Positions 11,606 through 25,919 of a DNA stretch of 64,000 bases are shown here, in pieces. The notes below the pieces were generated by a model, which had not been told where the DNA came from, made no database searches, and worked only from the letters and a program-made list of their open reading frames with translations. This stretch comes from Felis catus (Eukaryota), in assembly GCF_018350175.1 (NCBI RefSeq), contig NC_058368.1:34412001-34476000 (forward strand), given 5' to 3'. Position numbers and translations under genes: made by a program. Each line of letters opens with the position of its first letter. Position 1 is the first letter of the stretch.

Positions 11606-14064
11606 GGGACTAATGTCAGATGGGTTGGAGGCACACTACTCAAAACAGGACATGACACACACTGCCCAGCTTTAACAACTGTGACTAGATGCCAGTCCCA
11701 AGGCATTGGCTGATTCAAGCCTGGGTATGCTTCAGCTTTGGAACCAAGTTCACACTCTGCAGAGAAGACACCGGCCACGCTCAAGAAAGTTCTCCCATTT
11801 CTGGTCAATGCGTGACTCCCTTAACGGATTCACCTGAGATTTGCAGAGATGGTTTCAGGTCTTCATCATGGTAAGAGTATTCCAAATACCCATTCCATGT
11901 GCCCTACCTGGCAATTTCACTTATTTCAGAAGTAATATCCTCTCCTGTTGTGTTTCTGTTGTGTTTCTAATTCAGCGACAATATCCTTTCCTGAATAGCT
12001 ACCACAGATGCTGGTAAAAGACAAAAGATTTTACTGTTACAAGAAAGAAAGCCTATTGTTGAATGTGGCTTTAGACCTGGTGCCAAAAGGGCTTGCTTAG
12101 TCTTTACCTGTGAGGCACACAGTCTTATCTTCACAACCTCAAATAGTATGAACAGTTGCAAGGAGGTGTCTTACTGAAGTGTGGAGAATACAAACTTGGC
12201 AGCAGGAAAGTTAGCAAAATAAATATAACCCAGATTCAGCACCCAGATAAGTCATTTTTTCCACAGGATGAGCTTGTGAGGGGTGGAGAGAGATGTGCTG
12301 GGCTACTACAGCTGAAATCTATCCACATGGAAACATGATATCATGGAAAAGGAGACTGCTTATTTATAGACCCAGCAGGCATTATTTTTCCCATTTCGAA
12401 GGTAACGAAAATAAAGTTCAGAAATACTGAGTCACTTGCCAGTGATTATATAAGAAGTAAATTTTGAAGCCTGGACTCACAGCTTTTTTAATCCAAGTAA
12501 GTTCATTTGAATACCTTCTATATATCTGAATGTTATCCATGCATCAACCTAGAGTATAGGTATAGAGAATTAAGTCAGTACCTTTGTACCTAAGATATTT
12601 CAATTAATTCAAAGAGTCAGAAAATTTTGGATGATTTCAATACGGTCTTATCGATATGATATTTGATTGAGAATACCAAAAAGACACTGAGACACCCTTG
12701 TCAGCAACGTGTTCATGAAAGGCTAAGGGTGGTTTCCCAAAGGCGGTCTTGGTGAGTTGAATTTTGAAGGATACTAAGAACTACCCAGATGAGTGGGTAG
12801 AAGTTAAAGACAGAAGACAATTCTGGATAAAAGGAGCTAAGGCCTAGAGATCTGAAGAGTCCAGAAACTTAAGGGATGACAACAGGTTACAAATGGCTAG
12901 AGAATGTAGCACAAAGGTGGGAGTGATAAAATATGAGACTATAAATGTATACAGTGGCACTTAGTCACAAACTTACTCTGTACTAAACAGAATGTTGTGT
13001 GCTGAGAATACAACAGGAATGAGTAAGATAAATGGTGTTCAGGTCCTAAAACGACACTGTCTGAACGTGTTCTCACTGGGAAGGATATGTTGCCCTGTAC
13101 GCATAGGAGGCCGCACTTACTCTGCCCTGGAGTGGGCATGCATATGGCTTTCCTAGCAAAAGGAATTCCAATGTGGAAATGACTTCTGATCAGGGTTTTA
13201 CCATAAGAAAGGTGAAGGAAGAAAATTCCAAAGAGGGGAAATAGAATGTGCAAAAAACAAAGGGCAAAAAATCAGGGCATACCTTACGAACTGAAGAGCA
13301 CTGGAGGATAGAATGTGAAGCAAGGACATATATTCAGTTGACAAATGATGTTCTAAGAGAAAACATATGTAATCTATCATCACTTTAGTAAGTGTTAAAT
13401 TCTATATCCATCACTTCTAAAATCTGTGAGAGATCTCCCTTACCAGGCCAAAGGAACACAAGAACGGCCAATCATGTGACTACACATATAGTTGTTGGGA
13501 AGCTGCTGAATTACCCCAAATTTGACAGTGATCTTATAAACTCCTCAAGTTTCACAACTTTGCTTTCATCCCACTGACTGTAGGCTGTTTTAAAATTGTC
13601 AAAATGCAAATGCCTCTAGGATTCGAGTATTTCAACTTTACTGATATTTATAGCAGGGTAGGAATAAACTATCCATTTTTAATGGCGTTAGAGTAGAACA
13701 CATAAAACTTGACATGGAACACCCGTTCTAATTTGTCAGAGCTGACTAAGTTTAATTTTTCTTCAGAAAAGAGCACCAGTAACAGGGCTATGTACCTGGG
13801 TATTGCAAATCACATCATAAGCGAGAGGACCTTCAAAAAAAAAAAAACAAAAAAAACAAAAAACCTCTGTGAGAGAAACTTTTTCAGGTTTTTCAATATG
13901 CTCTCTTACAGATCTACATGGAAAACCAGTTTCAACATTTAAGGTACATCTACGATTTTCTTGATTTCTCAGAATCTAATTAGAAGTTTTGTGCATTTAA
14001 TATATACCTAAGCACTTTTAAGACATTTGTAACTCCTAAGAGATATTTTTAAAAGAAATAATGT

Positions 14065-14282
14065 GGAGTGCCTGGGTGGCTCAGTCGGTTAAGCATCAGA
14101 CTCTTGATTTTGGCTCAGGTCATGATCTCGTGGTTTGTGGGATCGAGCCTGGTGTCAGACTCTATGCTGACAGTGTGGAGCCTGCTCGGGATTCTCTCTC
14201 TCTCTCCCTCACTCTCTGCTCCTCCCCTGCTCTCGCTTTCTCAAAATAAATAAATAAACATTTTAAAAATATAAAAAAATAA
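14065..14282 (+). mobile_element. CAN-SINE
   Basis: tRNA-like A box 'tggctcagtcggttaag', CT tract, (AAAT)n tail. Confidence 0.95.
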
Positions 14283-17200
14283 AAGAGAAATTATATTAAC
14301 TTTTGTATTTTATAAGAGATTATATGTTGTTGTGCTCTAATGTAAGGTCAAACAAAAATATGACAAAAGGACCAAGGAAATAAAATATGCTTTATCAAAG
14401 GACAGATCTTACCACTTGCAAAATATTTTTAAAAACAACTCTACATGGTAGAGGAAAACCATTGCACATAACGGAATCGTCAGCATTAAGTATTTGCTCT
14501 AAATCAGCCATACTTAATTTTTAATGATGCTAACAATAGCAGCAAACCAGCCTCTTGTTTTGCTTTGTTTACGTGATGTTATTTCACCATTACTTTGACA
14601 AGTGGAGTTCAGAGGGAGTTCACTCAGAGATACCACATCTTTTGGAAGATGCAAGGCTGGCACTGGAAGCCACTGGGGACATTCTGTTTCACAGTCTATA
14701 TATGAACACACTTGGAACAATTTGGAATTTTCTATTTCATGTCCTGCCCCTAGCTAGCCTATTTGTTGGAACCTGTGATCAGATTATAGGAAGGTTACAC
14801 TTTAACCTACATTTAATCTAAACTAAATAGATATCAGAAGCCATGTTAAGAAATTCAATTTTGTTGCTTTTAAGAGTCAGGTGAAGGGTGGGGTTTTATT
14901 TTGGTATATCAAATGTTGCTGAGCAACATAAAATTGTTTTCAATATAGTTTATATCAGTGAAGGGCAAAAGTAAGTTGTTCCTTCATTTCAAGGGGATAC
15001 TTTCTATGAAATTTCCTCTGCAGATACCAGCATCTCGATGAGCAAAAGGTCAGGAAGAATTATAACAAAATGTATGTTGGAGAAAATCTTGGGGGAAAAG
15101 ATATTACTCCTAAAAGGCATTTCAAAGTCTTAGGCATTGCAACCCTGTCCTTTTTAATACAGTGGTTACATTTTTTATTTTTTGGTAATAGTAAAGTACA
15201 GCTTGTCATTCTATCCTTTTCAATTATTATTCTTTCTATTGCTATTTGAGGCCAGTAACTTTACAATCCATTCTAAACTCATCTGCAATAATCATTTACA
15301 GTTGAAAAGACCTATGTTATAATCTGTTTATCACTTCTAGGCTTCATAAGGTCCTATGTGGTTTCCTTCGTACTTCCCTTATGCACCATAATGATGAAGT
15401 AACACATAAGACGTTGTGATCTTTGCAGTGTCTTTTGTTCAATCACGTGCATGAGCCACTTTTGTTGTACAGATGACAATGCCACCTTTAACTTGATTTA
15501 CGTATCATTTAAGAATTACTTAGGGCAATATAACCTTTATTAAAAACCTTAGAGTGTTTTACAGAGTTCTAGAGATTCAACTTTTTCACTTATGGTGAGG
15601 TGTTTCAGGTCTTCTAGGAAAGCACTGAGGTTGCGGGGATTTGTTTTATTTTTTACACATTGCTTTAAGGAAAATCAAATCATCCATGTTACAAATAAAA
15701 ACTAAGAAAAAAACTAGAAAAAAACCTATTTGCACAAAGACAGCCATGACTCTAAGATGAAATCTTTTCCATTTCGACCATGGGCATTTTTTTTTCCTTA
15801 GGGCAAATTACTGAAGTGAAATGTTAATAAAAATGTAATTGGCTATATGATAAACTGTTTTCGCTGTCTACTCTTGAATAATTTTCTTTTTTACATGGTA
15901 TGTCTTCACCTTGTTTCAAACAAGGGAGAGCTATTAATCTTTCCGTTAAAAAAAAAAAAGGAGTGGTATACAAAAGGTTTAAAATACTGTATGGTATAGG
16001 GTTTGAGTGATTGCTAGCTTTTTTTTTTTTTTTTTTAGGTTAAGGGGAACAACCCTCTTCTAAACTGATGCTTGCAAGATTCTTCTTCTGTTTGGGCTAT
16101 TGGAAGCCAATTCATGGCTGCATTTCTGGAGAGTATATAAAACTAACATTGTTATGTAGTTTCGCTGACAGAGGCGCACTCATGCAAAGCAAGATGGATG
16201 GGATGTCGGTTTTCTCTATCATGGGATCTCCATTTAGTGACCCAGATGAGGGCTGAGAGAACTTGTCACACAAGCATGACAGGGCCAGATATGGCTCTAA
16301 ATGGAGCTCCAAATCTCATATAGATTTGAAGTTGCTGCTAGAGCACAAAATTTGTCATAAAAGACTTGTCAGTACAGAGTTCATTAAGGTAAAGGATGAT
16401 AGTACTTTATCTGGACACAATTGAGCTCTCCTTTGGCGGCCAGATCTTTAGTCACAGGAGAGTCGTGTTTTGTTTTGTTTCTTTCCCTAATGGCCTTTCA
16501 AATAATTTCATTAAGACTTTCCTTGTTCTTTAATCTTAACTTAAAAGATTCTTATAGCCTTCTCCCTGTCCCTCATTTTACTCCTTTTTTTTTCCTTTGT
16601 TAAATTTGGAGGTGTGTTTGTGGTGTCTATTCACAGGCACTCGGGACTTGACTGAGTCTTGAGGTGAGGTGTTAAACCTCTCAGGGCAGAACTGTAACAC
16701 TTAAGGTGAAAGACAAGGCTCTTAATCACTTGCACTGCGACTGCCACACTGAAAATTTCATGGCTGTCCCTGAATTTTCTTTTATTCAAGGTCCAGGGAT
16801 CAATAAAGGTATTCAGAAACACAAGACTGTCCAGGGTTTTGCTGAAATCCCAATGTTACAAAGTCACAAAGGATTTAATTCCTAATTGCAAGTAAGTTTC
16901 TAAGAAGTTAAGCCCACTGTCTTAAAATATATTATTTTGATAGCAATTTGTAACTATTAATTTCAGCATAATTTGTAGCTACTGTATCTTTTCCGAAGAC
17001 TGGTAGAGTCTTCTGGTTTGTGAGCATTTCTCTTTTTTTTTTTTTTTTCTTTTTTAAATACAAGAAACATACCCAGTTTGTTTTCAGGGTCATATTGCTC
17101 CTGCTATGTTCATTTTATTGATGGGAAAAATGAAGGAAAAGAGCAGAAAAATAAAGCGATTTTGTTCTTGCTTTAGAAAGTAAGAAAAGGACGCCTGATT

Positions 17201-17334
17201 TACTTTGTGCTCCTGATTCCCAGCTTAATGTAGCTAGCCTCAACTATGATCAAATGTTAAATGATATATCACAAATGTGGTCACGGTCCTTCCTGTCCCT
17301 TTTAGGACTGATGGTCATTTCTGTCAACTACTGT

Positions 17335-17665
17335 ATTTGCTGCCAGATGTCAGCCCTCAGCGGATAGCTTTTGCTGGGAATTGCCCCTTCCCTGTGCAGC
17401 CATCATCCCATGAATGGTCTCTGTAGGGGTGGGACCCTTGGCACCAGCTCAGGCTGTCTCTAAAGAGTTGCCTCAACTTCAGAGCTACCACGGGGACCAG
17501 CTGAGGTTTCTGTGGAGATTGCATTGAGTAAAACTTCCCATTCTGCTCTGTCCAGCTTGATTTCCTTCCTTCTCCCCCAAGTGTTGGTCCCAAGAATACT
17601 CTATCTTTCTGCATCCACTTTATCCATTTAATCTCAGAATCTGCTTCCCAGGAAATCTAACCAGG
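17335..17665 (+). mobile_element. ERVL LTR (LTR16-like)
   Basis: 3' end 'tctcagaatctgcttcccaggaaatctaacc' and 'gtgttggtcccaagaatactc' are typical of the LTR16 group. Confidence 0.7.
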
Positions 17666-18026
17666 GATATGATATTTCAAGTTTATGAGGTGGGGGAAAC
17701 ACACCAATATTTAACCTTTCAACTTTTTCCTCTCAATATTTCTGATGTACATGAAAATAATTTTTATTGCATTGTATTCAAATAGCTTTTGGCATAAAGC
17801 AATACATAGATTTACTCATAGTGTTATGAGTCAGGATCACAGCCTGGCCAGGTCCTCTGCTCAGGCCCTTGGCAAGTCTGCATTGAAGGTGTCAGGCAGG
17901 CTGGGTTCTCATCTGGAAGCAGAGTGAGGGCAGAATCTCTGTCCAAGCGCCCTCATGTTGTTGGCAGAATTTATTTAATTGCAGAGGTAGGACCTCATTG
18001 CATATTGCTTCCTCAAAGCCAGCAAC

Positions 18027-18029
<3 letters not shown>

Positions 18030-18080
<51 letters not shown>
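18030..18080. repeat. (CA)n microsatellite, about 25 units
   Basis: Pure CA run. Confidence 0.98.
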
Positions 18081-18081
<1 letters not shown>

Positions 18082-18177
18082 GGAAAGAGAGAGGAAGACA
18101 CTAGAGAGAGAGAGAAACACTATCTGGTGCTTTGCTTTAACTCTGAGCTTTAGACCCTCTATAAAAAGAGTTCATCT

Positions 18178-18382
18178 GGGGTGCCTGTGTGGCTCAGTCA
18201 TTAAGCATCCAACTTTGGCTCGGGTCATGATCTCACAATTCAGGAGTTTGAGCCCTACCTCAGACTCTCTGCTGTCAGCACAGAGACCACTTCAGATTCT
18301 CTGTCCCTCTCCCTTTCTGTATTCCCCTCCCCACTGCTAGTTCTCACTCTCTCAAAACAGATAAACTTAAAAAAAAAAAAAA
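18178..18382 (+). mobile_element. CAN-SINE with TSD
   Basis: TSD aaaaagag(t/c)tcatct at 18163-18177 and 18383-18397. Confidence 0.96.
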
Positions 18383-19229
18383 AAAAAGAGCTCATCTGGT
18401 TATGACAGGCCCACCCAGAATAATCTCCCTTTTGATTAAACTGTTTAGTTTGATTTTAATTACATCATCAATCCCTTCATATTTGCCATGTTCTATTGGT
18501 TAGATGCAAGTTACAGGTTCCACTACATGCAAAGAGAGAATATTATAAATAGGTGTTGGCCATCTTAGAATTTTACCAACTGCATGAAATAAAATTACAT
18601 GTATTACAAAGCAAGAAGCAATGATGTTTGTTGTTACAAACTATGTTCATGTAGATAAGTATAATTTAATAGAAGGCATGCACATTTCAGTTTAGGGAGA
18701 CTCAAGGTCTGAATTTTGTTTGCTGGCTCCTGACTTTGGAGCCTATTTGTTAGTCCAGGTTTTCTTTGCTTGACTCTGGATTCTTGTTTCAATTCTTCTG
18801 TGTTTCCACTCCAAGAGCAGGCAGTGCCCCAAATGTGCTTTCTATAGTCACACCTTCCCCCTACTTCTCGGTCTCAAATTTTTCTATACCCTCTATATTC
18901 TCTTACCCAAATGTCTACCTGTTTTGCTTATTACTGACTCAGAGTCTATCATTGTTTTCTAAGGAAGACTGACAAAGTTTGTTTCTATTTCCTTCTTCAA
19001 ATTGACAATATAGGCACGCTTACGGTTCCTTGCATGGAAGTACATTCCTGCTGTGGTGCACTGGGGTGAGTGAGGACATTTTGATACACCACTGTAGGTG
19101 ACTTGCTTTGGCCAAAGGACAGTTCTTGGATATGACAGAAGTAGAGGCCTTCAGATTGGCCTCTTGACTTCCTGCCACTCACTGTAAGAAGAATTTGCCT
19201 CACTGGGCTAGGGTGGATGTGAGAAAATC

Positions 19230-19440
19230 ATAGTGGGTCTGAACCCAACCCATACCATGGGGTTAAACCTAGTTTACTCACACCATGAAGTAGAGACACC
19301 CGACAGAATGTATCTTAGATTGGCTGAACCATAACTGGCCTACAGTCAGGTGAGCATAAGAATAAAAGTGTGTTGTTTAAGCCGCTAAATTTTGCAATGG
19401 TTTGCTAGGCAGCATTATTGCGGCAATGGGTGAGCAAAAC
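19230..19440 (+). mobile_element. MLT1-type LTR 3' part
   Basis: 'aataaaagtgtgttgtttaagccgctaaattttgcaatggtttgctaggcagcatt'. Confidence 0.7.
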
Positions 19441-20189
19441 TATCAGATACATATGAATTTATATAAATCTACATGAAATATACATAATATACTGCATAGG
19501 TCATAATGTAGGAAAAGTATATTTAATAATTACTCCCCATACCAATCCTAACACTAGGAGGTAATGTTTTCATTTGTTATACATGTGGTTTAATGAGTGG
19601 GGTGCCTTTTCCCCCAGTAAATAAAATCTATTAACCTGTCAGATCTTAAGTCTTAACTTCTCTGTGACTCTTCCATTATTTTTTCCTAGGGATTTCTTTG
19701 GATCCCTGCAAGATTTATGGCATTACTAAGTGTTTTAGTTTTAAGTATATTGTGTTTGTTCAGTTGGGCTGAGTTTCCTTCTGTGCTCGTGGTTAACCAT
19801 GGTATTAGAGCTAACATTGTCATTTCCTCTGTTTGTTCTCTAGTAAGGCACTATTGGAATAAGTGCTATTTATTCATTAGTTTATCAAATATTTATTGAG
19901 AGCCTACTATGGACAAGGCACTGTGCCAAATTCTGTTACCACTTAGTCTTCTGTGATGATAGAACTCCTCTACTCAAAACCATTTTGTTAATGACCATAG
20001 ATCCCTTTACATTGTGAAATAGAGATTGCTAATGGCTATAAGACACTTTCAAATATTGTGTATCTCTACAAAATATTTTAATATATATACAGTAAAGATA
20101 TAAAATTTTTAAAGGTTGCTATCGGCATAGTCAGTAATAAAGATGGATTGATATAACAAAATCATTAAGCAATAATGAAAATATAACAA

Positions 20190-20390
20190 AGACAACATGT
20201 ATTAAGTGCTTTCTCTGTCCCCAGTACTTTTCAAAACAGTACTTGTTTTGTACTTGTACAGTACTTGTATCTGGCCACTTAATCCTTCCATTACCCTATG
20301 TTGTTGTTATCATTATCCCCATGGAGGCCAATAAAATTGCTTAAGGACATAAAATTAATAAGTTGTGGAACCAGGTTAAAATCCAATTCT
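20190..20390 (-). mobile_element. MIR
   Basis: 'acttaatccttccattaccctatg...attatcccc...ataagttgtggaaccagg'. Confidence 0.65.
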
Positions 20391-20451
20391 AGAACAAGAA
20401 ACAAACACACAGCAAATGCATATATAGAATGTATATATTACAAAGGTGACA

Positions 20452-20693
20452 CCATAATATGGTGATGAAGAATTCAGATTTTAGAATCAGGTGACTTAGT
20501 TTCAAACTGCAGTTTTTACTTATTTGCTGTGTGACCACCAGCAAGTGAAATCAGTTAACCTCAGTCACCTCATTTGTAAAGTGAGAATAGCAGTACTTAC
20601 CTAATTTTTATGTACAAATTAAGCAATATGCAAAACTCTTACAACAGTGCCTGGCAAACAAAAAAGTACTGAATACATTCTAGTAATTACTAT
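20452..20693 (+). mobile_element. MIR, near full length
   Basis: 'tgctgtgtgaccaccagcaagt...cctcagtcacctcatttgtaaagtgagaatag...acagtgcctggca'. Confidence 0.85.
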
Positions 20694-21194
20694 GTCTTCA
20701 CGATCTTCCCTAAACTGATGAACGAGGCAATAGTCTTTATAGGCATCACATAGACAACATAAAATAGATATGTCCATGTGAGAAATTAACCAATTATAGA
20801 GCAATGCTTGCCAACAATTGCTCTTGTGACTTTCAATGTGGGACCTCGTTCTGAGACCACGATTGTACCTTCTGGCCATAGGATTCATATTAAGACATGT
20901 TTCCTCTAAAAGTCACACTACCCTCTTGTTCTACTTCGCTTTCCATCGATCTCATGGATGATGATTGTACAGAAAATAATGAACTATGTACCAGCACTGT
21001 CGGAATCCTCAACACATTTATGTGGTAGGTATTATTATTTCCTCATTTTGCATGTAGAAAGCTAAGGAAAAAGTGATGAAATGACTTACCCAAGGGTAGA
21101 AGAAAGGGATGTAGACCATAGAATCCGTTGTGCTTATCTTCCTAAGAGGTTCATCTCTCACTCAGATTCCTCAAAATGAATTATAAAAATCAGT

Positions 21195-23050
21195 TCATTT
21201 TTTAAAGCATTTTTAGGTTTGTAGAAAAATTAAGCAAAAACTGCAGCATCCATAAATACCCCATGTTTCCGTCCCCTCGCCCCTCCCCCTGGCACACTTT
21301 CCCCTATTTTTGGCATCTTTTATTGGTGTGCTACATGTGTTACAATTTATGAACCAATATTGATACATTATTATTCCCCAAAATCCATAGTTTGCAACAG
21401 GGTTTGCTTTTTCTGTGGTACATTTTATGGATTTTGACAACGGTACCATGGTATCTACTGAGCACTACATATCATGAAGACTATTTTCACCACCATAAAA
21501 ATCCCCTGAGCTTTACCTATTTATCCCTCTCTCACTCTTCTCTAACTCCTGGCAAGCCCTGCTCTTTTTACTGTCTCCGAAGCATTTTCTTTTCCAGAAG
21601 TCATATAGTTGGATTCATACAGCATGTAGCTTTTTCAGATTTAATTTTCTTCACTTAGCAAGATACATTTAAAGTTCCTCAATTGTGGTTTATATACACA
21701 ATGGAGTACTACAGGGCAATGAGAAAGAACGAAATATGGCCCTTTGTATCAACGTGGATGGAACTGGAGAGTGTGATGCTAAGTGAAATAAGCCATACAG
21801 AGAAAGACAGATACCATATGGTTTCACTCTTATGTGGATCCTGAGAAACTTAACAGGAACCCATGGGGGAGGGGAAGGAAAAAAAAAAAAAAAGGTTAGA
21901 GTGGGAGAGAGCCAAAGCATAAGAGACTGTTAAAAACTGAGAACAAACTGAGGGTTGATGGGGGGTGGGAGGGAGAGGAGGGCAGGTGATGGGTATTGAG
22001 GAGGGCACCTTTTGGGATGAGCACTGGGTGTTGTATGGAAACCAATTTGACAATAAATTTCATATATTAAAAAAAAATAAAAATAAAGTTCCTCTATGTC
22101 TTTCTATGGCTTATTTCTATTTATCACTGAATAATATCCCATTGTATGGCTATGCCACAAATCATTTACCCATTCACCTATTGAAGAACATCTTGGTTGT
22201 TTCCAAGTTTGGGCAGTTATGAATACAGCAGCTATAACATTTGCATGCAGGTTTTCGAGTGAACATAAGGTTTCAGATCAATTGAGTAAGTATGTAGGAG
22301 TGTGAACTGCTGGATTGTATGGTAAGAGTATGTTCAGCTTTGTAAAATAAGTGAGAACTGCCTTCTAATGTGGCCATACCACTATGCACACCTCCCAGCA
22401 ATGAATGAGAGTTCCTGTTTTTTCACAGCCTCCCCAGCATTTGGTGTTGTCAGTGTTTTGGGTTTTCGCCTCTCTAATAGGTGTGTAGTTGTATGTCATT
22501 GCGTTAATTTGCAATCCCCTGATGATATATGATGCTAAGAATTCTTTCATATGCTTATTTGCCATCTGTATATCTTCTTTGGCAAATTATATGTTCAAAC
22601 CTTTGTCCATCTTTAGCTGAGTTATTTGTTGTGTTATTGTTGAGTTTTAAAAGCTCTTTTTATATTTTGGATAGCAATCCTTTATCAGATGTGTCTTTTG
22701 CAAAAATTTTCTCTCAGTTTGTCATCTGGATTTTCATTCTCAGTGTCTTGTGCAGAGCAGAAATTTTTAATCCTGATGAAATCCAACTTATCATTGTTTT
22801 CTTTCATGGCTCATACTTTAGATGCTATATTTAAAAAGCCATCACCCAATCCAATGTCTTATAGATTTTCTCCTGTGCTATCTTCTATATTCAGTTTTGC
22901 AGTTTACATTTAGATCTGTGAACCATCTGAGTTGACATTTTTGAAAAATCTAATATCTAATTCATTTTTTGCATGCAGATGTTCAGCTATTCTAGCACCT
23001 TTTGCTGAAAACACTATTGTTTCTCCATTAAATTTCTTTTGATTCTTTCA
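21195..23050 (-). mobile_element. Old L1 (L1MC-like) 3' UTR plus ORF2 end, split by a young L1
   Basis: Antisense ORF2-like ORF 22365-22565 (MANKHMKEFLASYIIRGLQI); continuous across the 21681-22083 insert. Confidence 0.88.
21681..22083 (+). mobile_element. Young felid L1 (L1_Fc-like) 3' end, about 400 bp
   Basis: Ends 'ggaaaccaatttgacaataaatttcatatt' plus A tail; perfect TSD taaagttcctc at 21670-21680 and 22084-22094; TT/AAAG endonuclease-like site. Confidence 0.96.
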
Positions 23051-25844
23051 AACTGAATTTTTAATCATAAATATAGACCATAATTTAAGCTAAATCATAT
23101 CCAAAATACTCTTTAAATTTAATGAATGTCCATCTAGCTGTTTTGTATGATGCATAACAGATATAATTTAATTTCTATAGATTTTTATTAATGTGGGGAA
23201 AATATAGATGCTTCAATATTGGTATTGTAGCAGTTACATATGGAAAAAAGTAAATGTACATCTCTATCCCAAAGACCAGAATAAATCCTGGAAATATTAA
23301 TTAGGTGTGATTTTTTAAATAATTAGGATGAAGCCCATAAACCTACTTTAAGTATGAAAAATATAGTAACAGTTTCAAATAATTATTGCCCCATATTTAT
23401 GGCATATTTGTTTAACATTTATTAAGATCCTATGGTATGCAAGTTGCTCTGCTAAAAAGGCAGGTGAGAGGTGATGACTTTTTTTTTTTAAGAAAATAGA
23501 GTCTCTTTTCCCATAAAGTTTTACAAGCTAGTGAGGGAAACACACTGACTTAAAATCGTACAAATATGTCTTGGAGGTATATAAAGTTTAGACAGTATCG
23601 ATGGGGAATGCAGAAATGCAACTTTCTTCATTTTTCTATGATCAAATTTATTTTTCTATCAAATCTCCATTCTTTCCAATGCAGAAAAGTGAAGTACTTA
23701 TATCTGGGTAAATTATTTACTTAGCGTTTTTCTTTTTACCTTGAATTAATTTCAAGGTTTTTAGTCCTACTTTCTTCTTTCCATAGAGTAGATTCTTAGA
23801 TAGGGGCATGGGAAATCATTACCTATGATCTTATATAATCCCATCAGTCCTGGTACCCTCTGAGCCCTCTGGTCCCTCCTTGATCCCCAGTTTACTGTTC
23901 TCTTTACTACCCTCTGCTAACATCCGTGAAGTCCATCAGCTAACTTATGAGCTCCAAGGAACACTGAGATAAATCGAAGGAGGCTAGCAAAAAGAATATA
24001 TATATTACCAACTTGCTCGCTTCTCTGTATATTGCTCTGTTAACATCGCTCTGTTAAGAGCCCAGAAAGGTACGAGAGGCTAGACACATGTAACAGAGGA
24101 ACCTGTTTTCCAATGAGGAATCAAGAAAGGCTTCCTTGGGAAATTTTGGCTTCAACAAGCATCTGAAGAATAAGTGTTATCTAGTCCAAAAACGAGAGGA
24201 GAGGGACATACACAAAATTCTAAGAGAGAGAAAGTATGGCACATGCAAAGGAAAAAAGAAAAGTCCTTGGGTTTAGAATATAAAATTTGGCGTGTGACCT
24301 TGGGGTTTTATGTGAGCAAGCTGAGAATACAAAAGTCTCCATATTTCCTTTAGAGAGCTTTGAACAACACAGACACTTTTAGATCACATTAGTCTGTTGG
24401 CCTCCTTACCTTTTCATCAATAACTAATCTGCTGTATACAATTAATCAGGACTTGGTTCCAACTCTCACATGTTAACAAACATATTTGGGAAGTGCTCTC
24501 TTATGGTAGGTTAATACAGGTCTCTCAAAGCACAACATTTAATCTTCAAATTATAGAAGGTCTTTCTGAAAGTGTTATTCAAAGTATCAGTTTATGAGCT
24601 TCTCGATTGTATACCTGTAAACCAAAAAAAGCAACACTTGAACAATCACTCAAGGATGCTTGTCTACATTATCAGTGTACAGCTAGCCAAAACAGGACCC
24701 TTAAGTATAACACAGCCAAGTTATCAACATCAGAGCACATTAGCTGGGCTGGTAAATAAAATAATATCTTTGACTACTATTGCATAATAGCAACCCAACA
24801 TATAGCCTCATCAATGAGAGTTCAGACTTTTCCTAACATTAGTGAAATATTTTGACATAGAGAACTAATTTTAACCTAAAAAAACATGTTAATTATACTG
24901 TCTTTAATTCAAAAGCCAACTACTTAAAAAAAAAGAAAACTTTCTTTTTAAGCACTCTATTGAATGGATCTTAGGAAATTGATGCTTTGCTATGCTGTAT
25001 TAGCAATCATGACTAGAAAGAGCTAAGAAAACTTACAGAAAATATAATGTTTTATTCCAAGAGGAATCTGGGCACTGAAAGACTGTAGCTTTTAAAAAAC
25101 ATATAAAAATAAATAATCCTTTGTAATTTTTAATTACCTTCATTTGAATTTAACACTTTCCTTGGTGTTCTCATTCCTGCTACAGTCTCTCTGAAGCTGA
25201 AATATAATTAATGGTCTTATTCATGCATTTCATATGTTTTCATTGTGCAAATACAGCCCTAAAGTTCCTAATTAGATGAATATGGTCTTTCCAAGTGGTG
25301 AATTTGGAATGGCTCTTCTGTTTGCGATGGCATTATAATTCCTAATAATAATAGTAGCCATAATCACCACATTATTCAATACTGCTATGTAACTCTTTTT
25401 CGTGACATCAAATAGTCTCACTTTTCCAAATTCCTTTCTACACAAAAACATTTATATTTTTACTGCCAACCATATTAGACCATGTATTTGAAACATTGCT
25501 TTTCTAGGACTGATGCCTGCATGTCATTATCATCTTGTGTCCTTGTCCCTAATAAATGTTTCCCTGTGGGGACCACATGGCACTCAAAGCTGCCTGCAGT
25601 CTTTCCAGGAGGCAAATAATTAGCCACAAAATAATTCATTTCCAGAGGGAATTCAAATTAGCTACATTCTCATGCATCTCTCTATGAATTTCATGTAAGC
25701 CAAGTCAACCTACTTCAGTTTGGACTTAATTCTGAGCTTTCTGTTGCTGGTAGATAGGAGAGCTTTAGGCAAGAAGGATGATCTTACCGTGGAATCAGGT
25801 AGATCCATCCATGTTTACTGATTTTGTCTTAAAAACTGTTAAAG

Positions 25845-25869
25845 TGCAAACTGATAGTTACCAGAGGAG

Positions 25870-25919
<50 letters not shown>

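Larger units (their letters stand above)
17785..18585 (-). mobile_element. MaLR LTR (MLT1E/F-like) containing a (CA)n and a SINE
   Basis: 'aaggtgtcaggcaggctgggttctcatctggaagc', 'ggcccacccagaataatctccctttt' and 'ctattggttagatgcaagttacagg'. Confidence 0.8.
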
